The position numbers were made by a program, and so were the translations under genes. The notes under the pieces were generated by a model. That model was given only the letters and a program-made list of their open reading frames with translations, had not been told where the DNA came from and searched no databases. This document shows positions 16,601 to 29,468 of a stretch of 64,000 nucleotides of DNA, in pieces (positions within the stretch are counted from its first letter, which is position 1; each line of letters begins with the position of its first letter). Source of the DNA: Macrostomum lignano (lineage: Eukaryota); assembly GCA_002269645.1 (NCBI GenBank), contig NIVC01001845.1, forward strand, positions 62,001 through 126,000, read 5' to 3'.

Positions 16601-17981
16601 GAGAGAGATGAGAGAGGTGAGAGAGTGAGAGAGAGGTGAGAGAGAGAGAGAGGGGTGAGAGAGAGGTGAGAGAGGTGAGAGAGTGAGAGAGTGAGAGAGG
16701 TGAGAGGGGTGAGAGAGAGGTGAGAGAGGTGAGAGAGTGAGAGAGGTGAGAGAGGTGAGAGAGTGAGAGAGAGGTGAGAGAGGTGAGAGAGGTGAGAGAG
16801 GTGAGAGAGTGAGAGAGAGGTGAGAGAGGTGAGAGAGGTGAGAGAGTGAGAGAGAGGTGAGAGAGGTGAGAGAGGTGAGAGAGTGAGAGAGAGGTGAGAG
16901 AGTGAGAGAGAGGTGAGAGAGGGGTGAGAGAGGTGAGAGTGAGAGAGAGGTGAGAGAGTGAGAGAGAGGTGAGAGAGTGAGAGAGGTGAGAGAGTGAGAG
17001 AGAGGTGAGAGAGTGAGAGAGAGGTGAGAGAGGTGAGAGAGTGAGAGAGGTGAGAGAGTGAGAGAGAGGTGAGAGAGTGAGAGAGGTGAGAGAGAGAGGT
17101 GAGAGAGTGAGAGAGAGGTGAGAGAGAGAGTGAGAGAGAGGTGAGAGAGTGAGAGAGAGATGAGAGAGGTGAGAGAGTGAGAGAGAGGTGAGAGAGAGAG
17201 AGAGAGAGAGAGGTGAGAGAGTGAGAGAGAGGTGAGAGAGAGAGTGAGAGAGAGGTGAGAGAGTGAGAGAGAGATGAGAGAGGTGAGAGAGTGAGAGAGA
17301 GGTGAGAGAGTGAGAGAGAGGTGAGAGAGGTGAGAGAGGTGAGAGAGTGAGAGAGAGGTGAGAGAGAGAGAGAGAGGTGAGAGAGTGAGAGAGAGATGAG
17401 AGAGGTGAGAGAGTGAGAGAGAGGTGAGAGAGAGAGAGAGAGGTGAGAGAGTGAGAGAGAGATGAGAGAGGTGAGAGAGTGAGAGAGAGGTGAGAGAGTG
17501 AGAGAGGAGGTTTGATGTCAAGATCATGAGTGTGATCTGCAAACTGACAGACTGGGAAAATATACATGTAAGTGAGAAAGACAGCGAGAGAATGGAACAG
17601 AGTTTAGGGCGGTAAGATGCTTTAGTTGCGTCAAAAATCATAAAGAACTCATTCTCACTTGTCATTCAGTTGGCCCATTGGTTTCTCCAGCGCAGTGCAC
17701 GCATCCTTGATGAGCTGCAGCATGAGGCTGCCATCCTCAAACACGTGTATAAAGTGCTGACGAAAAATAAAGAACCCGTCCCTGTTTCCCTTGGTCACAT
17801 GCCCGTCAACTGTTGTTGCCATCGTCTCCTGCGTCAGCGGCACGCTCTTGCCGTCTATGGTGACCTGGTGCTTGTTGAAGTAGCCCAGCTTGGTGAACAG
17901 CTGGTTGTAGCACTGCCACAGGGCTGTCTCTAGCGCGTCTCTCTTAGCTAGCATCACCAAGTAAAATCCTTCCTCAGACAT
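13679..17981 (-). CDS. Unrecognised 355-aa protein with a C-terminal Lys/Asp-rich pentapeptide repeat; exons 17981-17659 and 14423-13679
   Basis: The phase-2 donor AA|gtgaga matches the acceptor ttgccag|A and joins ...GQLNDK-QAAFASKSNP.... There are 21 KDAK(G/D) units with synonymous codon variation. Confidence 0.8.
14847..15247. repeat. 16-bp minisatellite (CGGCCTCACGACAGAA / CGGCCACAAGACAGAA), intronic
   Basis: Direct read, about 25 copies. Confidence 0.95.
15846..17508. repeat. Compound GA-rich microsatellite (GAGAGAGGT)n, intronic
   Basis: Purine-rich run of about 1.7 kb. It is the source of the spurious 603-aa and 514-aa ORFs. Confidence 0.97.
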
Positions 17982-18197
17982 GACGGCCTTTCTATTGAAT
18001 TTGCCGAGTGTATCTTCTCTATGTATTTGCGTTCGTTACAATTTTATCAGATTAGGGGAAAAAATATATTAATAGCTATAGAAACTGTCTGTGGCACAGA
18101 GCCGTTTGCTTGCGAAAATTTGACTTGGATACTTTTCTCGTTGTGATAAAGCATAACTATTAAATTGTATCAAGACAAGACAGCTCATTCTAGCCCC

Positions 18198-21100
18198 GAA
18201 TCATTCTAGTTCTGAATCATTCTCTTCCTGAATCTCTCTTCCTGAAAAATTATCTTCCTGAATCACTCTCTTCCTGAATCATTCTCTTCCTGAATCTCTC
18301 TTCCTGAATAATTATCTTCCTGAATCATTCTCTTCCTGAATCAGTCTTGTCCTGAATCATTCTCTTCGTGAATCTCTCTTCCTGAATCTCTCTTCCTGAA
18401 TCTCTCTTCCTGAATCTCTCTTCCTGAATCTCTCTTCCTGAATAATTATCTTCCTGAATCTCTCCTCCTGAATCAGTCTTGTCCTGAATCATTCTCTTCG
18501 TGAATCATTCTCTTCCTGAATCATTATCTTCCTGAATCAGTCTTGTCCTGAATCATTCTCTTCCTGAATCATTCTCTTCCTGAATCATTCTCTTCCTGAA
18601 TCATTCTCTTCCTGAATCATTCTCTTCCTGAATCATTCTCTTCCTGAATCATTCTCTTCCTGAATCATTCTCGTCCTGAATCATTCTCTTCCTGAATCAT
18701 TCTCGTCCTGAATCATTCTCTTCCTGAATCATTCTCTTCCTGAATCATTCTCGTCCTGAATCATTCTCTTCCTGAATCATTCTCTTCCTGAATCATTCTC
18801 TTCCTGAATCATTCTCTTCCTGAATCATTCTCTTCCTGAATCATTCTCTTCCTGAATCATTCTCTTCCTGAATCATTCTCTTCCTGAATCATTCTCTTCC
18901 TGAATCTCTCTTCCTGAATAATTATCTTCCTGAATCATTCTCTTCCTGAATCATTCTCTTCCTGAATCTCTCTTCCTGAATCATTCTCTTCCTGAATCAT
19001 TCTCTTCCTGAATCATTCTCTTCCTGAATCATTCTCTTCCTGAATCATTCTCTTCCTGAATCATTCTCTTCCTGAATCATTCTCTTCCTGAATCATTCTC
19101 TTCCTGAATCATTCTCTTCCTGAATCTCTCTTCCTGAATAATTATCTTCCTGAATCATTCTCTTCCTGAATCATTCTCTTCCTGAATAATTATCTTCCTG
19201 AATCATTCTCTTCCTGAATCATTCTCTTCCTGAATCATTCTCTTCCTGAATCATTCTCTTCCTGAATCATTCTCTTCCTGAATCATTCTCTTCCTGAATC
19301 ATTCTCTTCCTGAATCATTCTCTTCCTGAATCATTCTCTTCCTGAATCATTCTCTTCCTGAATCATTCTCTTCCTGAATCATTCTCTTCCTGAATCATTC
19401 TCTTCCTGAATCATTCTCTTCCTGAATCATTCTCTTCCTGGATCATTCTCTTCCTGAATCAGTCTTGTCCTGAATCATTCTCTTCCTGAATCAGTCTCTT
19501 CCTGGATCATTCTCTTCCTGAATCATTCTCTTCCTGGATCATTCTCTTCCTGAATCAGTCTTGTCCTGAATCATTCTCTTCCTGAATCATTCTCTTCCTG
19601 AATCAGTCTTGTCCTGAATCATTCTCTTCCTGAATCATTCTCTTCCTGAATCATTCTCTTCCTGAATCAGTCTCTTCCTAAATAATTATCTTCCTGAATC
19701 ATTCTCTTCCTGAATCATTCTCTTCCTGAATCAGTCTTGTCCTGAATCAGTCTCTTCCTAAATAATTATCTTCCTGAATCATTCTCTTTCTGAATCTCTC
19801 TTCCTGAATAATTATCTTCCTGAATCATTATCTTCCTAAATAATTATCTTCCTGAATCATTCTCTTCCTAAATAATTATCTTCCTGAATCATTCTCTTCC
19901 TGAATCATTCTCTTCCTGAATCATTCTTGTCCTGAATCATTCTCTTCCTGAATCATTCTTGTCCTGAATCAGTCTTGTCCTGAATCATTCTCTTCCTGAA
20001 TCATTCTCTTCCTGAATCAGTCTCTTCCTAAATAATTATCTTCCTGAATCATTCTCTTCCTGAATCAGTCTTGTCCTGAATCAGTCTCTTCCTAAATAAT
20101 TATCTTCCTGAATCATTCTCTTCCTGAATCATTCTCTTCCTGAATCAGTCTTGTCCTGAATCATTCTCTTCCTGAATCATTCTCTTCCTGAATCATTCTC
20201 TTCCTGGATCATTCTCTTCCTGAATCAGTCTTGTCCTGAATCATTCTCTTCCTGAATCATTCTCTTCCTGAATCAGTCTTGTCCTGAATCATTCTCTTCC
20301 TGAATCATTCTCTTCCTGAATCATTCTCTTCCTGAATCAGTCTCTTCCTAAATAATTATCTTCCTGAATCATTCTCTTCCTGAATCATTCTCTTCCTGAA
20401 TCAGTCTTGTCCTGAATCAGTCTCTTCCTAAATAATTATCTTCCTGAATCATTCTCTTTCTGAATCTCTCTTCCTGAATAATTATCTTCCTGAATCATTA
20501 TCTTCCTAAATAATTATCTTCCTGAATCATTCTCTTCCTAAATAATTATCTTCCTGAATCATTCTCTTCCTGAATCATTCTTGTCCTGAATCATTCTCTT
20601 CCTGAATCATTCTTGTCCTGAATCATTCTCTTCGTGAATCATTCTCTTCCTGAATCATTATCTTCCTGAATCAGTCTTGTCCTGAATCATTCTCTTCCTG
20701 AATCATTCTCTTCCTGAATCATTCTCTTCCTGAATCATTCTCTTCCTGAATCATTCTCTTCCTGAATCATTCTCTTCCTGAATCATTCTCTTCCTGAATC
20801 ATTCTCGTCCTGAATCATTCTCTTCCTGAATCATTCTCGTCCTGAATCATTCTCTTCCTGAATCATTCTCTTCCTGAATCATTCTCGTCCTGAATCATTC
20901 TCTTCCTGAATCATTCTCTTCCTGAATCATTCTCTTCCTGAATCATTCTCTTCCTGAATCATTCTCTTCCTGAATCATTCTCTTCCTGAATCATTCTCTT
21001 CCTGAATCATTCTCTTCCTGAATCATTCTCTTCCTGAATCTCTCTTCCTGAATAATTATCTTCCTGAATCATTCTCTTCCTGAATCATTCTCTTCCTGAA

Positions 21101-23480
21101 TCTCTCTTCCTGAATCATTCTCTTCCTGAATCATTCTCTTCCTGAATCATTCTCTTCCTGAATCATTCTCTTCCTGAATCATTCTCTTCCTGAATCATTC
21201 TCTTCCTGAATCATTCTCTTCCTGAATCATTCTCTTCCTGAATCATTCTCTTCCTGAATCTCTCTTCCTGAATAATTATCTTCCTGAATCATTCTCTTCC
21301 TGAATCATTCTCTTCCTGAATAATTATCTTCCTGAATCATTCTCTTCCTGAATCATTCTCTTCCTGAATCATTCTCTTCCTGAATCATTCTCTTCCTGAA
21401 TCATTCTCTTCCTGAATCATTCTCTTCCTGAATCATTCTCTTCCTGAATCATTCTCTTCCTGAATCATTCTCTTCCTGAATCATTCTCTTCCTGAATCAT
21501 TCTCTTCCTGAATCATTCTCTTCCTGAATCATTCTCTTCCTGAATCATTCTCTTCCTGAATCATTCTCTTCCTGGATCATTCTCTTCCTGAATCAGTCTT
21601 GTCCTGAATCATTCTCTTCCTGAATCAGTCTCTTCCTGGATCATTCTCTTCCTGAATCATTCTCTTCCTGGATCATTCTCTTCCTGAATCAGTCTTGTCC
21701 TGAATCATTCTCTTCCTGAATCATTCTCTTCCTGAATCAGTCTTGTCCTGAATCATTCTCTTCCTGAATCATTCTCTTCCTGAATCATTCTCTTCCTGAA
21801 TCAGTCTCTTCCTAAATAATTATCTTCCTGAATCATTCTCTTCCTGAATCATTCTCTTCCTGAATCAGTCTTGTCCTGAATCAGTCTCTTCCTAAATAAT
21901 TATCTTCCTGAATCATTCTCTTTCTGAATCTCTCTTCCTGAATAATTATCTTCCTGAATCATTATCTTCCTAAATAATTATCTTCCTGAATCATTCTCTT
22001 CCTAAATAATTATCTTCCTGAATCATTCTCTTCCTGAATCATTCTCTTCCTGAATCATTCTTGTCCTGAATCATTCTCTTCCTGAATCATTCTTGTCCTG
22101 AATCAGTCTTGTCCTGAATCATTCTCTTCCTGAATCATTCTCTTCCTGAATCAGTCTCTTCCTAAATAATTATCTTCCTGAATCATTCTCTTCCTGAATC
22201 AGTCTTGTCCTGAATCAGTCTCTTCCTAAATAATTATCTTCCTGAATCATTCTCTTCCTGAATCATTCTCTTCCTGAATCAGTCTTGTCCTGAATCATTC
22301 TCTTCCTGAATCATTCTCTTCCTGAATCATTCTCTTCCTGGATCATTCTCTTCCTGAATCAGTCTTGTCCTGAATCATTCTCTTCCTGAATCATTCTCTT
22401 CCTGAATCAGTCTTGTCCTGAATCATTCTCTTCCTGAATCATTCTCTTCCTGAATCATTCTCTTCCTGAATCAGTCTCTTCCTAAATAATTATCTTCCTG
22501 AATCATTCTCTTCCTGAATCATTCTCTTCCTGAATCAGTCTTGTCCTGAATCAGTCTCTTCCTAAATAATTATCTTCCTGAATCATTCTCTTTCTGAATC
22601 TCTCTTCCTGAATAATTATCTTCCTGAATCATTATCTTCCTAAATAATTATCTTCCTGAATCATTCTCTTCCTAAATAATTATCTTCCTGAATCATTCTC
22701 TTCCTGAATCATTCTCTTCCTGAATCATTCTTGTCCTGAATCATTCTCTTCCTGAATCATTCTCTTCCTGAATCATTCTCTTCCTGAATCATTCTTGTCC
22801 TGAATCATTCTCTTCCTGAATCATTCTTGTCCTGAATCAGTCTTGTCCTGAATCATTCTCTTCCTGAATCATTCTCTTCCTGAATCAGTCTCTTCCTAAA
22901 TAATTATCTTCCTGAATCATTCTCTTCCTGAATCAGTCTTGTCCTGAATCAGTCTCTTCCTAAATAATTATCTTCCTGAATCATTCTCTTCCTGAATCAT
23001 TCTCTTCCTGAATCAGTCTTGTCCTGAATCATTCTCTTCCTGAATCATTCTCTTCCTGAATCATTCTCTTCCTGAATCAGTCTTGTCCTGAATCATTCTC
23101 TTCCTGAATCATTCTCTTCCTGAATCATTCTCTTCCTGAATCATTCTCTTCCTGAATCATTCTCTTCCTGAATCATTCTCTTCCTGAATCATTCTCTTCC
23201 TGAATCATTCTCTTCCTGAATCATTCTCGTCCTGAATAATTCTCTTCCTGAATCATTCTCTTCCTGAATCATTCTCTTCCTGAATCATTCTCGTCCTGAA
23301 TAATTCTCTTCCTGAATAATTATCTTCCTGAATCATTCTCTTCCTGAATCATTGTAGTCCTGAACCATCCCTTCCTCAATCATTTTCTCCTCCTCTGAAT
23401 CGTTCTCTCCCTGATCGTTCTTATTTTAAATCTTTGCCGGCCAGAATCCAGAATCCCCCTGAATCATTCTCGTCCGGAAT
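18198..23480. repeat. 5.3-kb satellite, 16-bp unit TCATTCTCTTCCTGAA, with higher-order structure
   Basis: More than 300 units with recurring variants (CAGTCTTGTCC, TAAATAATTATC, CTGGATC). Confidence 0.98.
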
Positions 23481-24049
23481 CATTGCAGTCCGCCTCCACA
23501 AACGCAATCAGTCCTGAACAAATTGAAAATGTAAAATTTAGTCTACCTGCAGAGTTGTTGTTGACTCCCCCCGCCTTCCCCGCCCACCGCTAGACAGACT
23601 ATTGGGGGTGGGGGATGATGTAGCATAGGATGCTGCTTCTCGAGCCCAAACAAAGCGTGGGCGGATCTGCTACACGGATGGGGTGGTTTCCGCTGGTATG
23701 AGCTAGCATGGTTGCAGTGGATGCTGTGTGAGAGAGAGAGAGAGCGAGAGAAAATGCGGATTAATTTTTGTTAACTCAGAACTCAGATCGTGTATCATTT
23801 ATTTAGTCCAGATGAAAAGCTCAGTGACTCATCGAAATTATTGTCAGAGCTGCCATGGTTGGCGTTGCAACCAAACTTTGTTTGCTAATTTTCACTGGTA
23901 ACGACTAGGGCTAAAGTAAAGAGAGCTAGGGCTAGCGTTAAAGGCTAAAGATAGGGTTAAATACTACGCCTTTAAAGTTAGTAACTTCAACTTGTGATAG
24001 CTCACTACTGTAGTGAGGGGCTGTAATCAGATTGCCAGATACGAGCTAG

Positions 24050-24690
24050 TCGGGTAAAGTAGAGTCAAGTAGAGTAGATTCGATTAGGGTAGGGCCAATT
24101 GGAGTAGAGTCTTGTGGAGTAGATTTGAGTAGAGTAGAGTCAGGCAGAATAGATTCGGGTAGAGTAGAGTCGAGTAGAGTAGATTCGGGTACAGTCGAGT
24201 CGTGTAGAGTAGAGTCGGGTAGAGTAGAGTCGGGTAGAGTAGAGTCGGGTAGAGTAGAGTCGGGTAGAGTAGAGTCGGGTAGAGTAGAGTCGGGTAGAGT
24301 AGAGTCGGGTAGAGTAGAGTCGGGTAGAGTAGAGTCGGGTAGAGTAGAGTCGGGTAGAGTCGGGTAGAGTAGAGTCGGGTAGAGTAGAGTCGGGTAGAGT
24401 CGGGTAGGGTCGGGTAGAGTAGAGTCGGGTAGAGTAGATTAGGGTAGAGTAGATTAGGGTAGAGGTAGAGTAGGGTAGAGTAGATTAGGGTAGAGTAGAG
24501 TCGGGTAGAGTAGATTAGGGTAGAGCAGAGTCAAGTAGAGTAGATTAGGGTAGAGTAGAGTCGGGTAAAATAGATTAAGGTAGAGTAGAGTCGGGTAGAG
24601 TAAAGTCTTGCAGAGTAAACTTGGGTAGAGTAAAATCGGGTAGGGTAGATTTGGGTATTGAGATTTGATCAAAGTAGAGCTACACAGAGA
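24050..24690. repeat. (GTAGA)-based 15-bp repeat GTAGAGTAGAGTCGG
   Basis: Direct read. Confidence 0.93.
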
Positions 24691-25211
24691 ATATTTGTGT
24701 AAAGTAGAGCGAGGTTATGGGGTCAGAGTTGAGGGGATCAGGATGAAAGAGATGAGAGTCCGTAAGCAAGAGCGGATCAGTGAGGACTCACGGAGCAAGT
24801 GCGAGGCGGCTATGCAGAACAGAAGCGGAGCGTGAGAGACACGGCAATGAATTCCGGACAGAAAGCAGATTGCTGCTGCTTTCAGCATAATCAAAGCTCT
24901 CCCGAGGGTGCTAAAACAATTAGCGGGCCTTCAAGCCTCCTTTCAATCTGGGGGCGTTGTTTTCATGAAATTAACAGAGCTTTGACTATCTGAGGGTTAA
25001 ACACGAGTCTTTAATGGTCTCTATAATCACCTGGCCGGATTAGCCCCAAGCCCAACAGACACGATCACTCAGTGTCAGTTCCCTTTGATACGGCAACTGC
25101 TTTTGAAGTTTGTTTAAATCAGATGAGTGTTTTGGCCATCGAATAATTATTGTCTGACCTTCTTTTACAACTGCTTTCATCGCATTCTGCTCGACAACAA
25201 TCTAATCTACT

Positions 25212-25740
25212 AAATCTGCTCCCCTTGAGTCTACTCTCTGGAATCTACTCTGCGGGATCTGCTCACCTGAATCTACTCTCTGAAATCTACTCTGCGGGAT
25301 CTGCTCACCTGAGTCTACTCTGCAGGATCTGCTCACCTTGAGTCTACTCTCTGGAATCTACTCTGCGGGATCTGCTCACCTTGAGTCTACTTTCTGGAAT
25401 CTACTCTGCGGGATCTGCTCACCTTGAGTCTACTCTCTGGAATCTACTCTGTGGGATCTGCTCACCTGAGTCTACTCTCTGGAATCTACTCTGCGGGATC
25501 TGCTCACCTGAGTCTACTTTCTGGAATCTACTCTGCGGGATCTGCTCACCTGAGTCTACTCTGCAGGATCTGCTCACCTTGAGTCTACTCTCTGGAATCT
25601 ACTCTGCGTGATTTGCTCACCTTGAGTCTACTCTCTGGAATCTACTCTGCAGGATCTGCTCACCTGAGTCTACTCTCTGGAATCTACTCTGCAGGATCTG
25701 CTCACCTGAGTCTACTTTCTGGAATCTACTCTCTGGAATA
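25212..25740. repeat. About 42-43-bp minisatellite (CTGCTCACCTTGAGTCTACTCTCTGGAATCTACTCTGCGGGAT)
   Basis: About 12 copies read directly. Confidence 0.92.
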
Positions 25741-26202
25741 AATCTGTTCTTTGGAATCTGCTTTTGGACGCTCAGCTCACTAAACTGACATATGTAAATA
25801 AAAAATCTGCTCGAAAACTTTACTCTTAAAAGAAATTAAACTTGCGGAAAATTTCCTATTTCTCAACAACGTATTTTTAATCAGAGCTCCGTACGACAGA
25901 CGCTTGTTGCATTGACAGCGCATTGACAGTGTCCGTGCTTCTCCTTGGGGGGGGGGGGGGGGTTCTACTTCAGTTCTTACTGACTTGGCACAGAAATAAC
26001 CCAAGCTGTTCTTCTATTTTCAGTCAGCTCATTCTCTAATTGTATTTTTTGTTTTACTGAAACATTAATGCGATAAAGTTTTTAGTTCACAGCCGTCTCT
26101 TTACTTTGTAGCGCAACACTTTCAAGAGTAACTGCGCTGGTACCGAATTATAATTTGGTCAGCTTTGACATGTTGTTCTCTCGTTGACTTCTTGGTTTTG
26201 GC

Positions 26203-27044
26203 CTATCGTCGGCGGCCCACTCTGCAATGCAATGTATGTAAAATGTGTACTAATTATTATATGATAATAGGTAGGTGAGAGAGGTGTGCTAATTATTATA
26301 TTGTATGGTAACAGGCAGGTGAGAGAGGTGTGCTAATCATTATATTGTATGATAACAGGCAGGTGAGAGAGGTGTGCTAATTATTTATTATATGATAACA
26401 GGCAGATGAAAGAGGGGTGCTAATTATTTATTATATGATAACAGGCAGGTGAGAGAGGTGTGCTAATTATTATATTGTATGATAACAGGCAGGTGAGAGA
26501 GGTGTGCTAATTATTTATTATATGATAACAGGCAGGTGAGAGAGGTGTGCTAATTATTTATTATATGATAACAAGCAGGTGAGATAGGTGTGCTAATTGG
26601 GATCACAGGCAGGCGACAAATGTGGGAGGCTCACCGGCGCCTGCTATAAACGTCAATCAGATTTCGGACGAGCCGGGCCAGTTCCTCGTCGGAGGCGCCC
26701 GGAGGCAGGTAGCCGCGCCCGATGAGCCTCGCCTTCAAAGCGTCCAAGTTGCTGCCAGTCATCCGCTTGGCAACCGGCATTCGCTGGGCTGGCTCGGCCA
26801 CGGAATTCTCTGCAGAAGCTGCGGCGGCGGCTTCAGCGGTTGCCGATTTGGCTTCAACAGCTGCCAGTTCAGCGGCTTCAGCGAAGGCCTCGGCCATAGC
26901 GGCCGCCTCCACCGCCCGGGTAGTCAAGGAATCAGTAGTGGCCGATGAAGCCTCCTTGAGCAGCAGGAAGCCGGTCGAGCTGCCGCTGAGAACAGCGAGG
27001 CAGAGCAGCAGGGTGCACAGGCGGTGGCTAGGAGTGAACGGCAT
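26203..27044 (-). CDS. Putative secreted neuropeptide precursor, 142 aa; exons 27044-26635 and 26221-26203
   Basis: Hydrophobic signal (LCTLLLCLAVLSGSSTG), Ala/Glu-rich spacer and a KR site. The donor CG|gtgagc joins the acceptor ttgcattgcag|A GTG GGC CGC CGA CGA TAG, giving ...YSRRRV-G-RRR-stop. Confidence 0.75.
26268..26600. repeat. About 44-45-bp minisatellite inside the neuropeptide intron
   Basis: GGCAGGTGAGAGAGGTGTGCTAATTATTATATTGTATGATAACA, about 7 copies. Confidence 0.92.
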
Positions 27045-27289
27045 GTCTGGATGCTGTGCGGCTGGGTCAATCCTCTCAGAATGGTGCAGTTGCCCGGTCC
27101 TGCATCCGCTTCCTTTTATTGTTTCACAGAATCCAACGTAGCCCTAATTGGTCCCGAGCTTGTTTCGCTGTAGCCTGATTGCAAATTCCTGCCAATACAA
27201 CGGAACCAATAGGAGAGCCTGGTGACCTGCTTTAGCCCTGCCAGGGTAAATGGCGAGCAGCAAATGTGAACTACTAAAAGGGAGGAGAG

Positions 27290-28110
27290 AGATTGGGGGA
27301 TAGGAGAGGGAGTGAGACAGAAGAGAGAGAGGAGAAGGAGAGGGACTGAGAGAGAGGAGAGAGAGGAGAAGGAGAGGGACTGAGAGAGAGGAGAGAGAGG
27401 GGAAGGAGAGGGACTGATAGAGAGGAGAGAGAGGGGAAGGAGAGGGACTGAGAGAGAGGAGAGAGAGGAGAAGGAGAGGGACTGAGACAGAGGAGAGAGA
27501 GGAGAAGGAGAGGGACTGAGAGAGAGGAGAGAGAGGAGAAGGAGAGGGACTGAGAGAGAGAGAGAGAGGAGAAGGAGAGGGACTGAGAGAGAGAGAGGAG
27601 AGAGAGGAGAAGGAGAGGGACTGAGACAGAGGAGAGAGAGGAGAAGGAGAGGGACTGAGAGAGAGGAGAGAGAGGAGAAGGAGAGGGACTGAGAGAGAGA
27701 GAGAGGAGAGAGAGGAGAAGGAGAGGGACTGAGAGAGAGAGAGGAGAAGGAGAGGGACTGAGAGAGAGAGAGGAGAGAGAGGAGAAGGAGAGGGACTGAG
27801 ACAGAGGAGAGAGAGGAGAAGGAGAGGGACTGAGAGAGAGGAGAGAGAGGAGAAGGAGAGGGACTGAGAGAGAGAGAGGAGAGAGAGGAGAAGGAGAGGG
27901 ACTGAGAGAGAGAGAGGAGAAGGAGAGGGACTGAGAGAGAGAGAGGAGAAGGAGAGGGACTGAGAGAGAGAGAGGAGAGAGAGGAGAAGGAGAGGGACTG
28001 AGACAGAGGAGAGAGAGGAGAAGGAGAGGGACTGAGACAGAGGAGAGAGAGGAGAAGGAGAGGGACTGAGAGAGAGAGAGGAGAAAGAGGAGAATGGTAA
28101 AGTAGACAGG
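27290..28110. repeat. GA-rich compound minisatellite (GAGAGGGACTGAGAGAGAGGAGAGAGAGGAGAAG)
   Basis: Direct read. Confidence 0.95.
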
Positions 28111-28659
28111 GATAGGAGGGTAGAAGAGAACAAAGGAAAAGCTGTCGTGCTGTAGGCGCCACAGAGTTCAGAATTTGATCGGTCAGGCCAAGCCATTTCT
28201 CTCAGTCAGCTGCGGTCCTGAGAGAGGCCTGCAACCCCCCCCCTCCCCCGATCGCGGCACCGCCATCTATGGGCAGCTCTGGGCTCCGAGCGTGACGCTG
28301 GTTTCCGCTATCGGGTTGGTAAACACGGCGAGGGGCAGCGGCCATGGGTTCGTGGAAGGCGGAGGGGGGGAGTTGGTGTTTAATACTCTGCAAGCTGTTC
28401 AAGTGCAGAGCTCCCTGCGCATGCACCAGGATTTTCTGCCTCATGTCTCTCCTCTGTGCGTCCGTCTGTCTCAATCAAGGAGGATTCTCTGCATGAGGCA
28501 CGCCAGCTATCAGGATTTTAAAACGTTTTCTACGAGCGTATTTAAAAAATGCTTTCTATTTTATTTTGATAAGCTTGTTCGTCATCGAAGCAATATGCGA
28601 TGAAATTTCTGCAGTAAAATTAGAGCGTGTCGTCTCGATAATTCGAATGTCTCAATAAC

Positions 28660-29468
28660 AAAATGTCTCAACGACCCAGTGTCTCATGATCAGTGACCCA
28701 ATGTCTTAATGACCCACTGTCTCAATGACCCAGTGTCTCATGATCAGTGACCCAATGTATTAATGACCCACTGTCTCAATGACCCAGTGTCTCATGATCA
28801 GTGACCCAATGTCTTAATGACCCACTGTCTCAATGACCCAGTGTCTCATGATCAGTGACCCAATGTCTCAATGACCCAGTGTCTCATGATCAGTGACCCA
28901 ATGTCTCAATGACCCAGTGTCTCATGATCAGTGACCCAATGTCTCAATGACCCAGTGTCTCATGATCAGTGACCCAATGTGTTAATGACCCACTGTCTCA
29001 ATGACCCAGTGTCTCATGATCAGTGACCCAATGTGTTAATGACCCACTGTCTCAATGACCCAGTGTCTCATGATCAGTGACCCAATGTGTTAATGACCCA
29101 CTGTCTCAATGACCCAGTGTCTCATGATCAGTGACCCAATGTCTCAATGACCCAGTGTCTCATGATCAGTGACCCAATGTCTCAATGACCCAGTGTCTCA
29201 TGATCAGTGACCCAATGTGTTAATGACCCACTGTCTCAATGACCCAGTGTCTCATGATCAGTGACCCAATGTCTCAATGACCCAGTGTCTCATGATCAGT
29301 GACCCAATGTCTCAATGACCCAGTGTCTCAATGACCCAGTGTCTCATGATCAGTGACCCAATGTCTCAATGACCCAGTGTCTCATGATCAGTGACCCAAT
29401 GTCTCAATGACCCAGTGTCTCAATGACCCAGTGTCTCATGATCAGTGACCCAATGTCTCAATGACCCA
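28660..29468. repeat. Minisatellite with 16/22-bp subunits (TGTCTCAATGACCCAG, TGTCTCATGATCAGTGACCCAA)
   Basis: Direct read. Confidence 0.94.

Noticed and set aside
15756-17665. 603-aa and 514-aa Ser/Leu/His ORFs
   Set aside because: These are stop-free readings of a GA microsatellite inside an intron; several frames are open at once.
26631-26633. TGA as the true stop of the secreted protein
   Set aside because: It lies within a consensus GTGAGC donor, and splicing yields a canonical G-RRR amidation and cleavage signal. This still needs transcript proof.
27116-28196. 348-aa and 350-aa SLSPS ORFs
   Set aside because: Same artefact in a GA-rich minisatellite.
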